A stretch of DNA of 64,000 nucleotides from Eledone cirrhosa. Taxonomy: Eukaryota. The stretch lies in NCBI GenBank assembly GCA_964016885.1, contig OZ024746.1, positions 6,696,001 to 6,760,000 on the forward strand, in the 5' to 3' direction. Numbering within the stretch: position 1 is the first letter of the stretch; every line of letters begins with the position of its first letter. The notes below the pieces were generated by a model. That model saw only the letters and a list, made by a program, of their open reading frames with translations, was not told where the DNA came from and ran no database searches. Shown in pieces: positions 1 through 13,625 of this stretch. A program made the position numbers and the translations under genes.

Positions 1-566
1 TCAGAACGTTTTTAAACATTTGCTGGCGTTGCTTGGATGTGTCCACATAAATTTCTTTAAGAAGAAAAAAGAAAATGGTCGAGATAGGGAACAGTATACC
101 GCTTTTGAACAGAATTAATCGTTGCGTATACTATGTTCCAACTTCAAGGTGTCTTTTGAGGGTCGCCTGACAGTTGTCCGTTTGAGGATGAAACTTTGCA
201 CACCCCGTGTTTTTGTTGATTGAAACAGGATTAGGGAGTGGAAGCAGCAGAATTTTAACTTTCGCTAAGGGCTAAATATATGTGGAAAACTAGAAACCTG
301 AGGAGTGCAGACGAGTTGGGAAACCAGCCATAACGCTGAAGGATGTTCTTGAAGATGATACCGGGCTAGAGGCAGGGGGAATTCATACGACAGGGTGGGC
401 TAGAGGAGGAACTTCGTTATAGCACCAGTAACGTATGTATAGAAGAATAAGAATGTATGAGAACCGTAACACATTAGATCACCGGAGGAGAATTTCTTGA
501 ATATTTCGACGCCATATTGTGTATTAATACTATCTAGGCCCATAAGAGCTGTTTCTCTCTCTCTCT

Positions 567-656
<90 letters not shown>

Positions 657-1003
657 CTCTCTCTTTCTCTCTCTAATATGCCAGTATTGGAATTTAAACA
701 CAAGACTTGCCAGAAGTAAACTCTTTAATCATATAATCCTACAATTAGATTCATAGTTTGACATGGCAAATGATTAACAACATATTTTCCTGTAATGCTT
801 GCCACGACACCGACGATAAAATTAGAGCCCAGTAATTAAATACCTACCTCAACCCGACTTCATCTTTCTAATTATTGAAACCAGCTATATATAATTAATG
901 AATGAGGAATTGCCAAAATTATAAAGTTAGTTGTTTTACGACTTTCCTGAAACTCTGGTTGTCACCCGAAGATTGACTACATTGATATATCTTTAATTGA
1001 AAT

Positions 1004-1174
<171 letters not shown>

Positions 1175-1230
1175 TGCCAAGTATATATTAAGGAGAAAAA
1201 TGGACGAAGGCAGTAAAATGAACGAATTTA

Positions 1231-2632
1231 TCTAATATATATTTGTGAAATGGGCAGTGGTTGAAATGCAAATGTGCACGGTTAAAACGTGGTCGGACTC
1301 ACATGAAAATTTACACACCTATGTAAAAAGTGGCAAGGAAGCAAATAGTCGAGGTTTCAAATCTCTAACTTGAAAAATGTGGTCCCTGGGGACCTAAAAC
1401 TATCGCGTTCGGTGAGTTATTTCCCCCTGTTCTAATACTTTTGTCTTATTTACAATTTCATCATCCTTCTACATTTAACGATCATACAGTACCGTTTTAT
1501 GAAATCGATTCTGCAGTACGGTCACTGTTTTCCATCAAAAGAAATAAAACCCTCGGCGATACTTGGTTTTAGTGTCCTAAATTATCATCATCGACATTCA
1601 ATTATTAGCTCCACCCACTACACGATACGTCACGAAGGTAAATGTTTCGAAAAAATTTTAAACTGTATATCGCACCAATATATTGTTTAAAGAAATTTTT
1701 TTTCTGTTGTTAAAAACTGTAAATCTGTTTAAAAAAAAAAAGCAATTTTTTTTCTGTTAACTGGAAATAAATATTCATGTAAAAATGAAGCATAGTGTTT
1801 CGGTTAAATACATTTTTTTAAAACAGATTTACAGTTTTAAACAACAGAAAAAAAATGTCTTTAAACAATATATTGTTGCGATATATAGTTTAACATTTTT
1901 TCGAAACATTTACCTTCGTGACGTATCGTGGGTTAAAAAAATTGTATTTCGCAGCAATTTTTTTCTGTTAAAAACTGTAAATAAACATTCATGTAAAAAT
2001 GTGTTTCGGTTAAAAACTTAAAAACTGTAAATAAATATTCATGTAAAAATGAAGCATAGTTTTTCTGTGAAAAACTGTAAATAAATATTTATTTTGTTAA
2101 AAAAATAAATCAAAAATCTAATTTTCTCTGTTAATATTTTAATAAATATTTATTCTAAAATTTCGATGTTTTTTCGTGTAAAAATGAAGCATGTAAGAAA
2201 ATGACATGTAAAAATCAAGCCGCAGCAGCAGCTGATGACGTATCGTGACATATCGTGTAGTGGGTGGAGTTAATAATTGAATGTCGATGATAATTTAAAA
2301 CACTAAAAGTATCGCCAAACCCTTAAATTGCGAAGAAGGGACGCGTGTTTTTATTTTAATTCTAATACATGTTAACCACCACTAACAGTAAGTAGTATTT
2401 TTCAAATTGCATATCATCGACATTGCTATTTCGCTGTTAATAAACAACGCTTTTCACGTCGCTCCACTTCTCATTGTACGCCGTCCAGCCCCTCCACTTC
2501 TCATTGTACGCCGTCCAGCCCCAAGTGCATATTTCTATTTTTTTCCTTCTTTATAATAAACTTTCAATAATATTTTTCAAATTATTAACTTAATAAAAAG
2601 TGGCCCCGAGTGCAACCGGGCTCAGCTGCTAG
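1231..2632 (+). mobile_element. Non-autonomous Helitron
   Basis: A|TCTAATATATA start; subterminal hairpin CCCG...CGGG then CTAG|T end; internal inverted duplications. Confidence 0.65.
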
Positions 2633-2842
2633 TATATATATATATATATACATTATTTCTGAAGACAGCATATATATATGTGTAGGTATATATATTTCCT
2701 CTGATAGTTTGTAAAATTTTTACATAGATCTATATGATATACATACCAACACACACATATATATCCTAGAAACGATCGTAAAATGATGAATTTTTAATAT
2801 AAGGAAATGTTTCTTTGTTTTTATTCATTGTTTTTATTAATT

Positions 2843-2941
<99 letters not shown>

Positions 2942-3165
2942 ATATATATATATACGTATATATATGTGTGTGTGTGTATTTATTGTGATTTGTGTCGACG
3001 TTGTAGTTGCGTGTAGTCCCTGGTAGTGTTACGTAAATGAAGATTGAGGGGCAAGCTAGAGGTGATGTAAGGAGACTGAGCTATAGAGAACTCGAAGGTA
3101 GAAATAGTTGGAAAAAATAATGGAATTAATTGGCCAATTAACATTTTGAAACTTTCTCATGTTAC

Positions 3166-3320
3166 CTCTGGTCATGTAGACAATTCTTGTTCCTGTTTTT
3201 TCCCGATCAGTGTCATCGATCCAATATTGATCATTGCTCTCAATTTGTTTGCCAGTCTGACGCCAAATGAAGTTTTCAGGACTGCTTGGATCAACCATGC
3301 CATCAGTATACCACACATTT
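3166..3320 (-). CDS. C-type lectin exon 4 (KNVWYTDGMVDPSSPENFIWRQTG...RIVYMTR); gene continues off the left edge
   Basis: gacAG acceptor, phase fits exon 3; WYT.G and F.W..G CTLD motifs; GTAAC donor. Contactin assignment is from resemblance only (no Ig exons in window). Confidence 0.82.
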
Positions 3321-3792
3321 CTGTCAATGTGCAAGAATGAGTCATCTTTATTTAAAATATAACAATCTATTTATGCATGCATGTATGTATGTATGTATGT
3401 ATGTATGTATGTATGTATGTATGTATGTATGTATGTATGTATGTATGTATGTTAAACCAGTGGGAGTGAAGGACACCTAACCTTTGTCAGGGCATTCTTC
3501 TAGGAGAAGACAACTCAGGAAACTGGGATAACTCTGATATAAAACCTGCAGCTCAGTAGTTACCGACGATGTTGATCTTTTCTTCTTTTCGGGTTATAGC
3601 TACTGTCACTCAGAGAGTGGGATTGGCTCAGTGCACAGTCTTTCCTCACTTTAAAAAATATCTTCATGCACAGGCATTGCACGATAGAATTAATTAATAA
3701 TTATTAATAATGGTATATCGTGCAATGGCTATACTCGATAACGAGGGGGCAGCCATCATATATGTATGTATATGTGCATATATGTATATATG

Positions 3793-3826
<34 letters not shown>

Positions 3827-3840
3827 TGTATGTATGTATG

Positions 3841-3942
<102 letters not shown>

Positions 3943-4007
3943 ACACTGTATATTGTATTATTAGGTTTTGCGGAACATTTTAAAACAAACTAAATTTAAT
4001 TACTTAC

Positions 4008-4093
4008 TTGCCGTAAAATCTCGTTTTCAACCAGTTCACTATAAATGTGTGTTCTTTGGCGTTATTTACGGTCACCAACGTTGCGCCATTTTC
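4008..4093 (-). CDS. C-type lectin exon 3 (ENGATLVTVNNAKEHTFIVNWLKTRFYG)
   Basis: GA.LV.V...EH.FI CTLD motif; tttcAG acceptor and GTAAGT donor; 86 nt, phase 0 in / 2 out. Confidence 0.88.
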
Positions 4094-5129
4094 CTGAAAG
4101 AAACCGAGTGTTGTGACTTTGCCTTTTGTTTAGATTTTACTACTTGATTTATGGCCATTTTATTATAATCCTTACTTAATTGCATAATTGTTTTAAACAT
4201 CAACCTATTTTATTAAAGATAATGATGAACATATTAAAAAGGATAAAAACAAAATGAAGTAATGAAAAAAGGGGACGAGGGGTAAAGGATAGATCTGACT
4301 GTTATAGGAAAGTAAAGGAAAGGACTATAAATGCCATAAATGAGAAGAAAAGGAAGGAAAGAGCAAGGACTATTAGGCAGCTCTATGCCGACGTCAGGAC
4401 AGTTAGTTTAACTGAGATATAAACACCCAAACAATGACAGTGAACGGATTTCTTACTAAATCGAAATAATAATATATTTATATTTTCAATACGCCATTAT
4501 ATTGAACGCAATGTTAATAATAAAAACAGAGAAGTTAAGTGGGTGAGTTATTTCTAGAAAATGCTTTAGTTAATACAAAAAAGTCATATTTGTGGTTTTC
4601 ACAACTACACATTATTTGGTAAACCAATTGTTAAGTGAAGTTTTAGAGAATATAATTGTGTATGGGATATAGATTAAGGATTATATTCGTTCACGTAAAA
4701 AGCAAATAAATATTCCCATAGTATAAGTTAAACGACGTACATGCATCTAAGCAATATATGTTTAGTGTGTCATTTCATCTAAGCGAGATATTTTAGTCAT
4801 TGTCAATATTGTATAGCTACATGCACCTTTAACCCTTTGGCATTCACATTACTCTATATTTACTATTGTATTTTTGCAGTAAAGACTTTATCTTACAATT
4901 ATCTTACATAATATCGAATCTATAAGATTTTGATATCGTTTATTTTGAGAACAATACCTTAATGTTGGATGAGCGGCCAGTTACAGCCGGTTTGAACAGG
5001 AAGAAATGAGAGAATTCTGGCCGTTTATGGATGGTTTAAATGCTAAAGGGTTAATATAGCAAAATCTGTAGCACCAAATTAGATTTTCCAATTTAGAAAC
5101 AATAGACACATGGCATTACTTAGCTATAG

Positions 5130-5500
5130 TCTTAGGTCCTCCTATACCCTGGGGAATATTGGGCAATAAGTCTTCTCCAATATATAAAGGGTCATCTGCA
5201 GCATTTTGCGTAGTTTTTTAGCCCAGTCCAATCCTCTAGAGATCTTTGAAAGTAGAGTGCCAAGTTTTCTTGGCTCTCTCTTTTTTCCACGTACCACCGA
5301 CTGGGATCCATCTCATTGCCACAGAGGGGTTCCGGTACTCAGACATGTGTCCAGTCAGTTTCAGGCGCCATTCAGTGATGGTGTCAGTCACTAACCTCTG
5401 TTTACTTCTCTTCAGCACCTCTACATCAGTAATCCGGTCTTAGACATCTTCTTAGACATCTTTGTTGGAAAACGTTGAGCTTCTTTAGAATATTGGCAGT
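5130..5500 (-). mobile_element. RTE-type LINE 3' end remnant
   Basis: RLKLTGH..R...VAMRWIP.GG...R.KKTWHSTFKDL. Confidence 0.6.
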
Positions 5501-5730
5501 AATTTTCCAAGTTACACTATCATATATAGCAGTTGTTCTGGACACAGAACGTAAAGGGATGTAACTCTATGCCATAAAGTAATTTGGGCGAGGAGAAGTC
5601 GACTAAACCGACCCCAGTGTGTTGCTGGTACTTTATTTGATCGACCCTCGTAAGGATGAAAAGCAAAGGTAACCTCGGCGGGATTTGAACTCGGAACGTA
5701 AAGGCACATAACTCGATACCGCAAAAAATG

Positions 5731-6263
5731 TTGTTAAGGTACATCATTCAGACTTCTAATGAGGTACTTGTTAAGGTTCATCATTCAGACTTCTAATGAG
5801 GTACTTGTTAAGGTTCATCATTCAGACTTCTAATGAGGTACTTGTTAAGGTACATCATTCAGACTTCTAATGAGGTACTTGTTAAGGTACATCATTCAGA
5901 CTTCTAATGAGGTACTTGTTAAGGTTCATCATTCAGACTTCTAATGAGGTACTTGTTAAGGTACATCATTCAGACTTCTAATGAGGTACTTGTTAAGGTT
6001 CATCATTCAGACTTCTAATGAGGTACTTGTTAAGGTACATCATTCAGACTTCTAATGAGGTACTTGTTAAGGTACATCATTCAGACTTCTAATGAGGTAC
6101 TTGTTAAGGTACATCATTCAGACTTCTAATGAGGTACTTGTTAAGGTACATCATTCAGACTTCTAATGAGGTACTTGTTAAGGTACATCATTCAGACTTC
6201 TAATGAGGTACTTGTTAAGGTACATCATTCAGACTTCTAATGAGGTACTTGTTAAGGTACATC
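5731..6263. repeat. 37-bp minisatellite, ~14 copies
   Basis: Unit CATCATTCAGACTTCTAATGAGGTACTTGTTAAGGTA. Confidence 0.97.
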
Positions 6264-6542
6264 TTGAATGTAACCTCCACCCATTCCTTATTGAAATGTT
6301 CTGTCGGCCGGGGCCGCGGGCGGTCAGCGCATATGTGTGTGAGTGTGACAGCTCACACCTATGCAGATTTAGCTGGCCTCCTCCAAGGTATATCTCGTTG
6401 GAGGTGTCTTGAGTGATTTAAGGATAGGGACCCCAGTCCTATCATCTCATTTCTACAGCTGAGTAAACTGGAGCAATGTGAAATAAAGTGTCTTGCTCAA
6501 GGAAACAACACATCAGCGCATGGGCCCCCATTTGCTCATAAT

Positions 6543-7770
6543 AGTGAGAGATGGGGAGAGCGAGAGAGATGGAGGCAGTGAGAGAGATGGGGAGAGTGAG
6601 AGAGATGTTGAGAGTGAGAGAGATGGGGAGAGTGAGAGAGATGGGGAGAGTGAGAGAGATGGAGGTAGCAGTGAGAGAGATGGGGAGAGTGAGAGAGATG
6701 TTGAGAGTGAGAGAGATAGGGAGAGCGAGAGAGATGGGGAGAGTGAGAGAGATGGGGAGAGTGAGAGAGATGGGGAGAGTGAGAGAGATGGGGAGAATGA
6801 GAGAGATGGGGAGAGTGAGAGAGATGGGGAGAATGAGAGAGATGGGGAGAGTGAGAGAGATGGGGAGAGTGAGAGAGATGGGGAGAGTGAGAGAGATGGG
6901 GAGAGTGAGAGAGATGGGGAGAGCGAGAGAGATGGGGAGAGTGAGAGAGATGGGGAGAGTGAGAGAGATGGGGAGAATGAGAGAGATGGGGAGAGTGAGA
7001 GAGATGGGGAGAGTGAGAGAGATGGGGGTAGCAGTGAGAGAGATGGGGAGAGTGAGAGAGATGGGGAGAGCGAGAGAGATGGGGAGAGCGAGAGAGATGG
7101 AGGTAGCAGTGAGAGAGATGGGGAGAGTGAGAGAGATGGGGAGAGCGAGAGAGATGGGGAGAGTGAGAGAGATGGGGAGAGTGAGAGAGATGGGGAGAGT
7201 GAGAGAGATGGGGAGAGTGAGAGAGATGGGGAGAGTGAGAGAGATGGGGAGAATGAGAGAGATGGGGAGAGTGAGAGAGATGGGGAGAGTGAGAGAGATG
7301 GGGAGAGTGAGAGAGATGGGGAGAGTGAGAGATGGGGAGAGTGAGAGAGATGGGGAGAGTGAGAGAGATGGGGGTAGCAGTGAGAGAGATGGGGAGAGCG
7401 AGAGAGATGGGGAGAGTGAGAGAGATGGGGAGAGTGAGAGAGATGGGGAGAGTGAGAGAGATGGGGAGAGTGAGAGAGATGGGGAGAGTGAGAGAGATGG
7501 GGAGAATGAGAGAGATGGGGAGAGTGAGAGATATGGTGAGAATGAGAGAGATGGGGAGAGTGAGAGAGATGGGGAGAGTGAGAGAGATGGGGAGAGTGAG
7601 AGAGATGGGGAGAGTGAGAGAGATGGGGAGAGCGAGAGAGATGGGGAGAGTGAGAGAGATGGGGAGAGTGAGAGAGATGGGGAGAGTGAGAGAGATGGGG
7701 GTAGCAGTGAGAGAGATGGGGAGAGTGAGAGAGATGGAGGTAGCAGTGAGAGAGATGGGGAGAGCGAGAG
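6543..7770. repeat. 18-bp GA-rich minisatellite (intronic)
   Basis: Unit GAGAGAGATGGGGAGAGT with 21-bp variants. Confidence 0.95.
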
Positions 7771-8040
7771 TAATGGAGGCCGTGACTATACCAACATTGC
7801 TGAAGTAGTTTGTAGAGTTAAAGATTAAGTAGTATTTACAGGCTAAAGAAAAGGCCAAGCTGACTGATTTCACAAGTTAGGACAATAGGCTGAAATAACA
7901 TTACTAATAAGGTAACAAGTGAAGATCCAGCTAACGAGAGGTGCCTTGTGTGTTTGGGTCGCTACTGGAGACCAGTTTCCCTCAAATTACACCCTGTTGT
8001 TTTAAAAGAAAGATGATAGAAAATGACTATGAAATACTAC

Positions 8041-8135
8041 CTGGCAAGATAAGTCAGCCATCTCAAATGATTTTAAGGGAAGAAAATTAAATTCATAGCA
8101 GCTAGTTTCAAATGTTTCCCAATCAAGAGGGCAAT
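8041..8135 (-). CDS. C-type lectin exon 2 (DCPLDWETFETSCYEFNFLPLKSFEMADLSCQ)
   Basis: CPxxW...SCY.F...A...C CTLD N-terminal motif; AG/GT boundaries; 95 nt, phase 1 in / 0 out. Confidence 0.88.
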
Positions 8136-8916
8136 CTGACAAAATAGATAATATCAAAAGATGTATGAATAGATTAATATATGTCATAGTTCAGCTGTAA
8201 ATTTTACTTGCATGTTTTGAATATTTAATATAACATATACAATATATTGACAGAGAAAACAATGTTGTCTCTGATCGAAACGAAGTGAGAGTGTAATTGA
8301 ATACAAATGAAAATGAGAAAACTCATCGCTATAACAGCCGTTAAAACAGATAAATACTGTCAAAGACAGCGATGGACAAAGATGCCTGAGAGGACAGAGA
8401 CCAACGGCCAGTGGTCAACGGTGAAACAATCCACAATATTTTCTATATTTCATCTGCCTGTCACCCTCCTTGTTGTTCTTGGTGTTGGTGTTTAGCCCTA
8501 ACTTCCGTCGTGTTTCAGACAGCCTATTTCTACTCACAAAGTGTGGTTCAAGAAATCAAGCTCGGAATCAATTCATTGAAAGGTGAGCTACGTTTTGTCC
8601 ACAAAGCTTGTTAGTTTCTTGCTACCACCCCCCACCCCAGGTCTCTCTAATTGTAACTCTATTCCCTTCCTTTCACATGTTGTCATTCTTCCTTTCTCTC
8701 TCTGTGTATGCAGCTAGCTCTTTTGGCGTTTTCAAACAGTATATCTAAGATCACATTATCCATTGAGGCCTTCCAATTTTAAGTGGGTACAGAATGATTT
8801 GAAGAAAACGTTTAGCTGCTATCTCTAGCAGGTTGAGTGACCTAAGTGGCTCATGTATTTATGGCGAAACCGGTGTTGTTTCATTACTTAAAGAACATAC
8901 TTTCATATATACTTAC

Positions 8917-8998
8917 CGTATATTAATTGTCCTTTTATGAGTAACAGGAAAGTAGATAGATGTATGGTGAATATAGTCAGTAATGGCGATCGTCTCAT
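8917..8998 (-). CDS. First coding exon (signal peptide) of a secreted/membrane C-type lectin domain protein, contactin-like
   Basis: Pyrimidine tract + AG acceptor (exon starts 9009); ATG at 8998-8996 gives MRRSPLLTIFTIHLSTFLLLIKGQLIY; GTAAG donor, phase 1 matching the next exon. Confidence 0.8.
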
Positions 8999-10080
8999 TT
9001 TCTTCCTTCCTAAACAAAAGAAAACGAAAGGGAAATAAAACAGAAAGAATATTTAATGGACTACATAATAATTCCTATTGTTAATAAAATGAAAATAAAA
9101 ATCCACTAAAAACAAAATTAGAATTACGTTTTTCGCTCTAACATAGCGGAAACGTAAATGCATTTGTGAGTTTTATATGGAATAATAATTGTTTCTACTT
9201 TAGGCACAAGGCCAGCAATTACCCAGTGCATTACTGGTACTTTATTTTATATGGAATAATAATAATATTCTATTCGTTTACAAGTAAACAGCCTCATTGC
9301 TCTGTTTTTAGATGATCATCGCCATCATTTTGTTCTAGCAGTGATAGAGACTAGCTTTCTATTAACACTTGACTATGCAGTCTCTCGACCTGCTAGAAAT
9401 AGCAGCTAATATAGTTAAACTGTACATTGTATGTATATATGTATGCATGTATATATATGTATGAACTCTTAATACCTAATAGAGTCGTTAGGGCGTTTCT
9501 TGGGGCATTTTGAAACCTGGTCTGAGCACAGCCTATTTCTTCCAGTGATGGATAGAGAGAGTGAGTGAGGGAGATGAAGTGAGAAAGAGGTATAAGGGTA
9601 CTAGAATGGTACTTTTTTATCGACCTCGAAAGGATAAAATGAAAAGTTGATCATGGCGGGATTTGAGCTTAGAGAGCCGGAATGAATACCACAAGGCATT
9701 CTATCCATCGTTCTAATGATAATGGATAAAACAATGGAAAGACGGACAGACCCATCTCCTCAGCCAATCTCTGGAAATCATTACGGTGTCGGATCATTAA
9801 GGTTGATACCATTCATATATATGAACGGTATCAACCTTAATGATCCTTATATATAGGCTTAAAAATGGAATGAGAATAAGAAGAAAGCAAGAACGGGGGG
9901 TCCTCGTCAGTTGTCTACTGGGGGTCTCGGATATTTCAACGCGTTAAAGACAATGTATCTACCCCCAGAGCGTTCAATAACTGGGTAAGTTATTCGGAAA
10001 ACGGAAGAAGGAGAGAAGGAAAATAGAAGGGAAAGGGGAAAACAGCGAAAACAACAACAAACCGAGAAATGTGCTAGCAA

Positions 10081-10117
<37 letters not shown>

Positions 10118-10151
10118 CTGATCTCGGTTTGACAATCGCCACCGCCACCGA

Positions 10152-10192
<41 letters not shown>

Positions 10193-10199
10193 TCACGCT

Positions 10200-11130
10200 C
10201 ATACATGCATAACTTGGACACAAAGCAGACTATGTTATTACACATTACCAACAGCCCTAAGAGCAACACCCCACCAGGGTGCTCTTGCCGAAAGCCTGAA
10301 GCTTGTCCCCTTCAATAACAATGCAACACACCCGCTGTAGTTTATGAAGCTGTGGTCACTTCCAACCGACCAAATCAACCACAGGAGGGCGATTTAAGGA
10401 ACGTTTCCTGAACCATCAGTCGACCTTTAGATCATCCACGAAACTCGCGAGCCACGTATGGTCCTTCAAGGACTCAAGTATAGACTACTCCATTCAATGG
10501 AAAGCCATCACTAAGTCCAAGGGCAATCCGTCTTGTGGACTGTGTATTGATGAACGGATAAATATTCTAAGGAGATTACGCAATAGCGATTGCCTAAATT
10601 CAAGAATGAAATCTTCACACATTGTCCACATGTCTGGAAACACCTCTTACATAACTATAAAGTTGCGGATTGAATAACAACAACATTCTTATCAACTCGA
10701 ACTACTTTTCGGACTTGTTATCTCCCTTACACCTTTCGCCCGTAGCATTGTATCGCTTGGTTGAAGTGACCGTTACGGACGTTGTTATCTCCCTTACACC
10801 TTTCGCCCGTGGCATTGTATCGCTTGGTTGAAGTGACCGTTTCTACGCATGCGCGTTCATACGGTTCTTCTTCCTATTCCGTATAACCATGACCAGTCCG
10901 AGCTGAAGATCCGCTAAGGTGAAACAATTGTTCACGGTAGGCAAACTAACTGTTGTGTTACCACTTCTATTTAACTCGTCCCATGGACTGAGTGCTCTAC
11001 CACTACGGATATTACCTTCTAGTGTTCTACCTATATATAAATATTTGCTCTACGGTTCTTATATATTTGATATATATTTATCCTTATCGAGCCCTCTTTG
11101 GATTTTAGTCTTCAAATTTATTATTATTAC
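10200..11130 (+). mobile_element. 5'-truncated Penelope-like element 3' end (Zn-finger + GIY-YIG remnant + hammerhead tail)
   Basis: CSCRKPEACPLQ*QC..VVYEA..FKERFLNH..IQWK..CGLCIDE..LN with stops/frameshifts; flanked by (TA)n. Confidence 0.75.
10898..10937 (+). ncRNA. Hammerhead ribozyme in the 3' tail of a Penelope-like element
   Basis: CCGAG CTGAAGA T CC GCTAA GG T GAAAC AATT GTT CACGG; one mismatch in stem I; ACAATTGT palindrome. Confidence 0.65.
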
Positions 11131-11504
11131 TATATATATATATATATATATATATAAACGTTTGAATATGTGTAATAAAGCCAAAACAATGCAGATATGG
11201 ACATAGAAAACAGAATGCAATTGTAAAAGATGTTGTTGATAATTCGTCCTTTACCTTGAATTTATTAAAATGTCCTTAATTTTCGAGATAATATCTCTTC
11301 TTCGGAGGGAAATAAAGGTCTCAAACCAGCACTTTAAATATCTAGCCAAGCCATGCTGACAGGAAATAGTATAGAGTATCTGTTCTATCTCTAATATCAA
11401 AGAATTAAAATTAGGTGGATAAAGAGTAGTCTCCCTTTAAAAGGGGTCTGTTTAGGGGGGGTTTTTTTGTTTTTATTTTATATACATGCCTGTATAACCT
11501 CCTC

Positions 11505-11555
<51 letters not shown>

Positions 11556-11581
11556 TGTAATAAACAACATAGGATAATTAT

Positions 11582-11641
11582 TTCATTTACTAGTGGCTTC
11601 TTGAAGACATATTTATATATGTCTTCAGTCGTCAGAACGAA
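11582..11641 (-). ncRNA. Decayed hammerhead motif
   Basis: TTCGTT CTGACGA, 11-bp stem II TGAAGACATAT/ATATGTCTTCA, GAAG (A->G), ...GTA AATGAA. Confidence 0.5.
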
Positions 11642-11699
11642 TAAATAACATGGTGTGTTTATTAAATATGGATCTGAAATCCAAATTTCAAATCCATAT

Positions 11700-11945
11700 T
11701 TAATGTTTTAATTTAATGTCTACAAACCAATCTATTACTTCATTTGTACCGTTCCATAGTTTAAGGTATGATTTTTGCTTAAGTACTTGTATAATCCTAT
11801 CTAGTATATGTTTGCTGATTATGCCTAAATCAGACTTAGATGGTGCAATGAGTCGAACTGGTAGTTCAACTTCAAAGTTGCTTTTATGGTCTTTCATATT
11901 AATCTTCGGTTTCCTAGGTATAAAAGGTTCAGTCTTATTATACCT
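11700..11945 (-). mobile_element. Penelope-like RT N-terminal fragment
   Basis: KDHKSNF...RLIAPSKSDLGIISKHILDRI...W..T.EVIDWF, typical of PLE RT. Confidence 0.75.
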
Positions 11946-12499
11946 ATAAATTAGGCATTCAAAATAAATTGATATTTTACCACTTCAACACATTCTTAAC
12001 TCTCATATTATTTTATAGATTCTACCAAAATATATGATTATATAATTAAATAATTAAATATAATTATATCACTCTCTTTACACCATCACTGATATGATCC
12101 ATACAATTTTATCTTAATAATAATAGTGTATTTCTAACTATAATTTTTTCTTATAATCATCCCTTAAATCTTCTTACACCATAATATTAATATTAGCCTC
12201 TCTTTTTTCCTTTTATAAATTATCCTTATAAATTATCCTAATAATTATTTAAATTTACCTAGCGTCTCAATATAACGATCTTTTTTCAGCCTTACGTTTC
12301 AACTTCATTTACATATTCATCCTAAGGATTTGAAATTTTTCTTTCACTATAAAACTGAACCTGAACCAATAAGATCTGGTTTCTTGGGTATGTCACCATT
12401 TATAAAACACATTTTGTATTTTATCAGATGAGGGCGTACCAATATATAATAAAATAAATATTGTTTTATAAATATAGTTTCCATTTATTAATATCATTA

Positions 12500-12602
<103 letters not shown>

Positions 12603-12607
12603 GATAT

Positions 12608-12668
<61 letters not shown>

Positions 12669-12684
12669 TATATAGATATATATA

Positions 12685-12715
<31 letters not shown>

Positions 12716-12851
12716 ATATAGATATATATATGTATATATATATATAGGAAGAAGTATGGGGTCATACTTTTTCCTATTTCCCACTCTACTACCCTAAGTA
12801 TTGAGTACTCTGGTGCGTTATGGTCCAGCTGGTTCCTTAGCACAATTCCTT

Positions 12852-12921
<70 letters not shown>

Positions 12922-13106
12922 GGAGGGTCATATTTGTGTAATAATATTGCCAGAATTAATAACAGAACACACTCACTGTTTGATTGGTTTTCGCTTCTGT
13001 GTCTTTTATATCGGTTAATTTAATTTATTCGGTCCTCAATGTTACCATTGACTGACCAACGGTCAAAAATACAGATACAATATAGACACAAACACATATA
13101 TATATA

Positions 13107-13590
13107 GTTTAACAAAGTTCTTTCGTTGCACATCTGCAACATCGTCAGTGGTTTTATTATGTGTCCTCCCGTTGTATTGTATGCCTACGCTATCTTTATT
13201 TAGTCTGTTTATTTATTTTTTGTCTTCTCTGCGCATGCGTTTGCGTGTGTGTATAGTGTTTTGTTTGATGTGTGTTCCTGTTTGGGTGACTGTGTATTGG
13301 TTATTGTATTCTATCTTAGTTTACTAGTGTGTGTTTATATGTATTTTTTGTTATTGTGTATGTATTTATTTATTTATTTATACTTCTCTTAGGTCAGTAT
13401 TGTTTGTTTGGGTGTTGTTGTTATTCCATTCATTTTTTCTGTTTAGCCTTGGCCTTCTAAGTTCTATTTCGCTGGCCTCTGATTTGCCTATCTGCTGGGT
13501 CATTTCTATGTTTAGATATTATTCTAATTTCTATGTTGTCTATGTTACCGTCGTGTTGTTGTCTGGCATGTTCGTATAGTACACAAGCAC
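13107..13590 (-). mobile_element. 3' end of a second PLE (GIY-YIG C-terminus + tail with hammerhead)
   Basis: Minus strand reads ..IRIISKHRNDP..EASEIELRRPRLNRKNEW (EA..I....P.LN motif). Confidence 0.55.
13111..13153 (-). ncRNA. Hammerhead motif, stems I/III decayed
   Basis: CTGACGA T GTTGCA GATG TGCAAC GAAA; lies 3' of a GIY-YIG C-terminal remnant on the same strand. Confidence 0.55.
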
Positions 13591-13625
13591 TAATATTTGA
13601 TATAACTAATATATTTGATATAACT

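Noticed and set aside
400-651. Further exon of the lectin gene
   Set aside because: No pyrimidine tract or CTLD/Ig motifs; overlaps microsatellite and lies next to a plus-strand LINE remnant
6493-7873. 283-445 aa ORFs
   Set aside because: Translations of an 18-bp intronic minisatellite, open in several frames
9890-9940. Minus-strand CTGACGAGGAC as a hammerhead
   Set aside because: No downstream GAAA or stem III found
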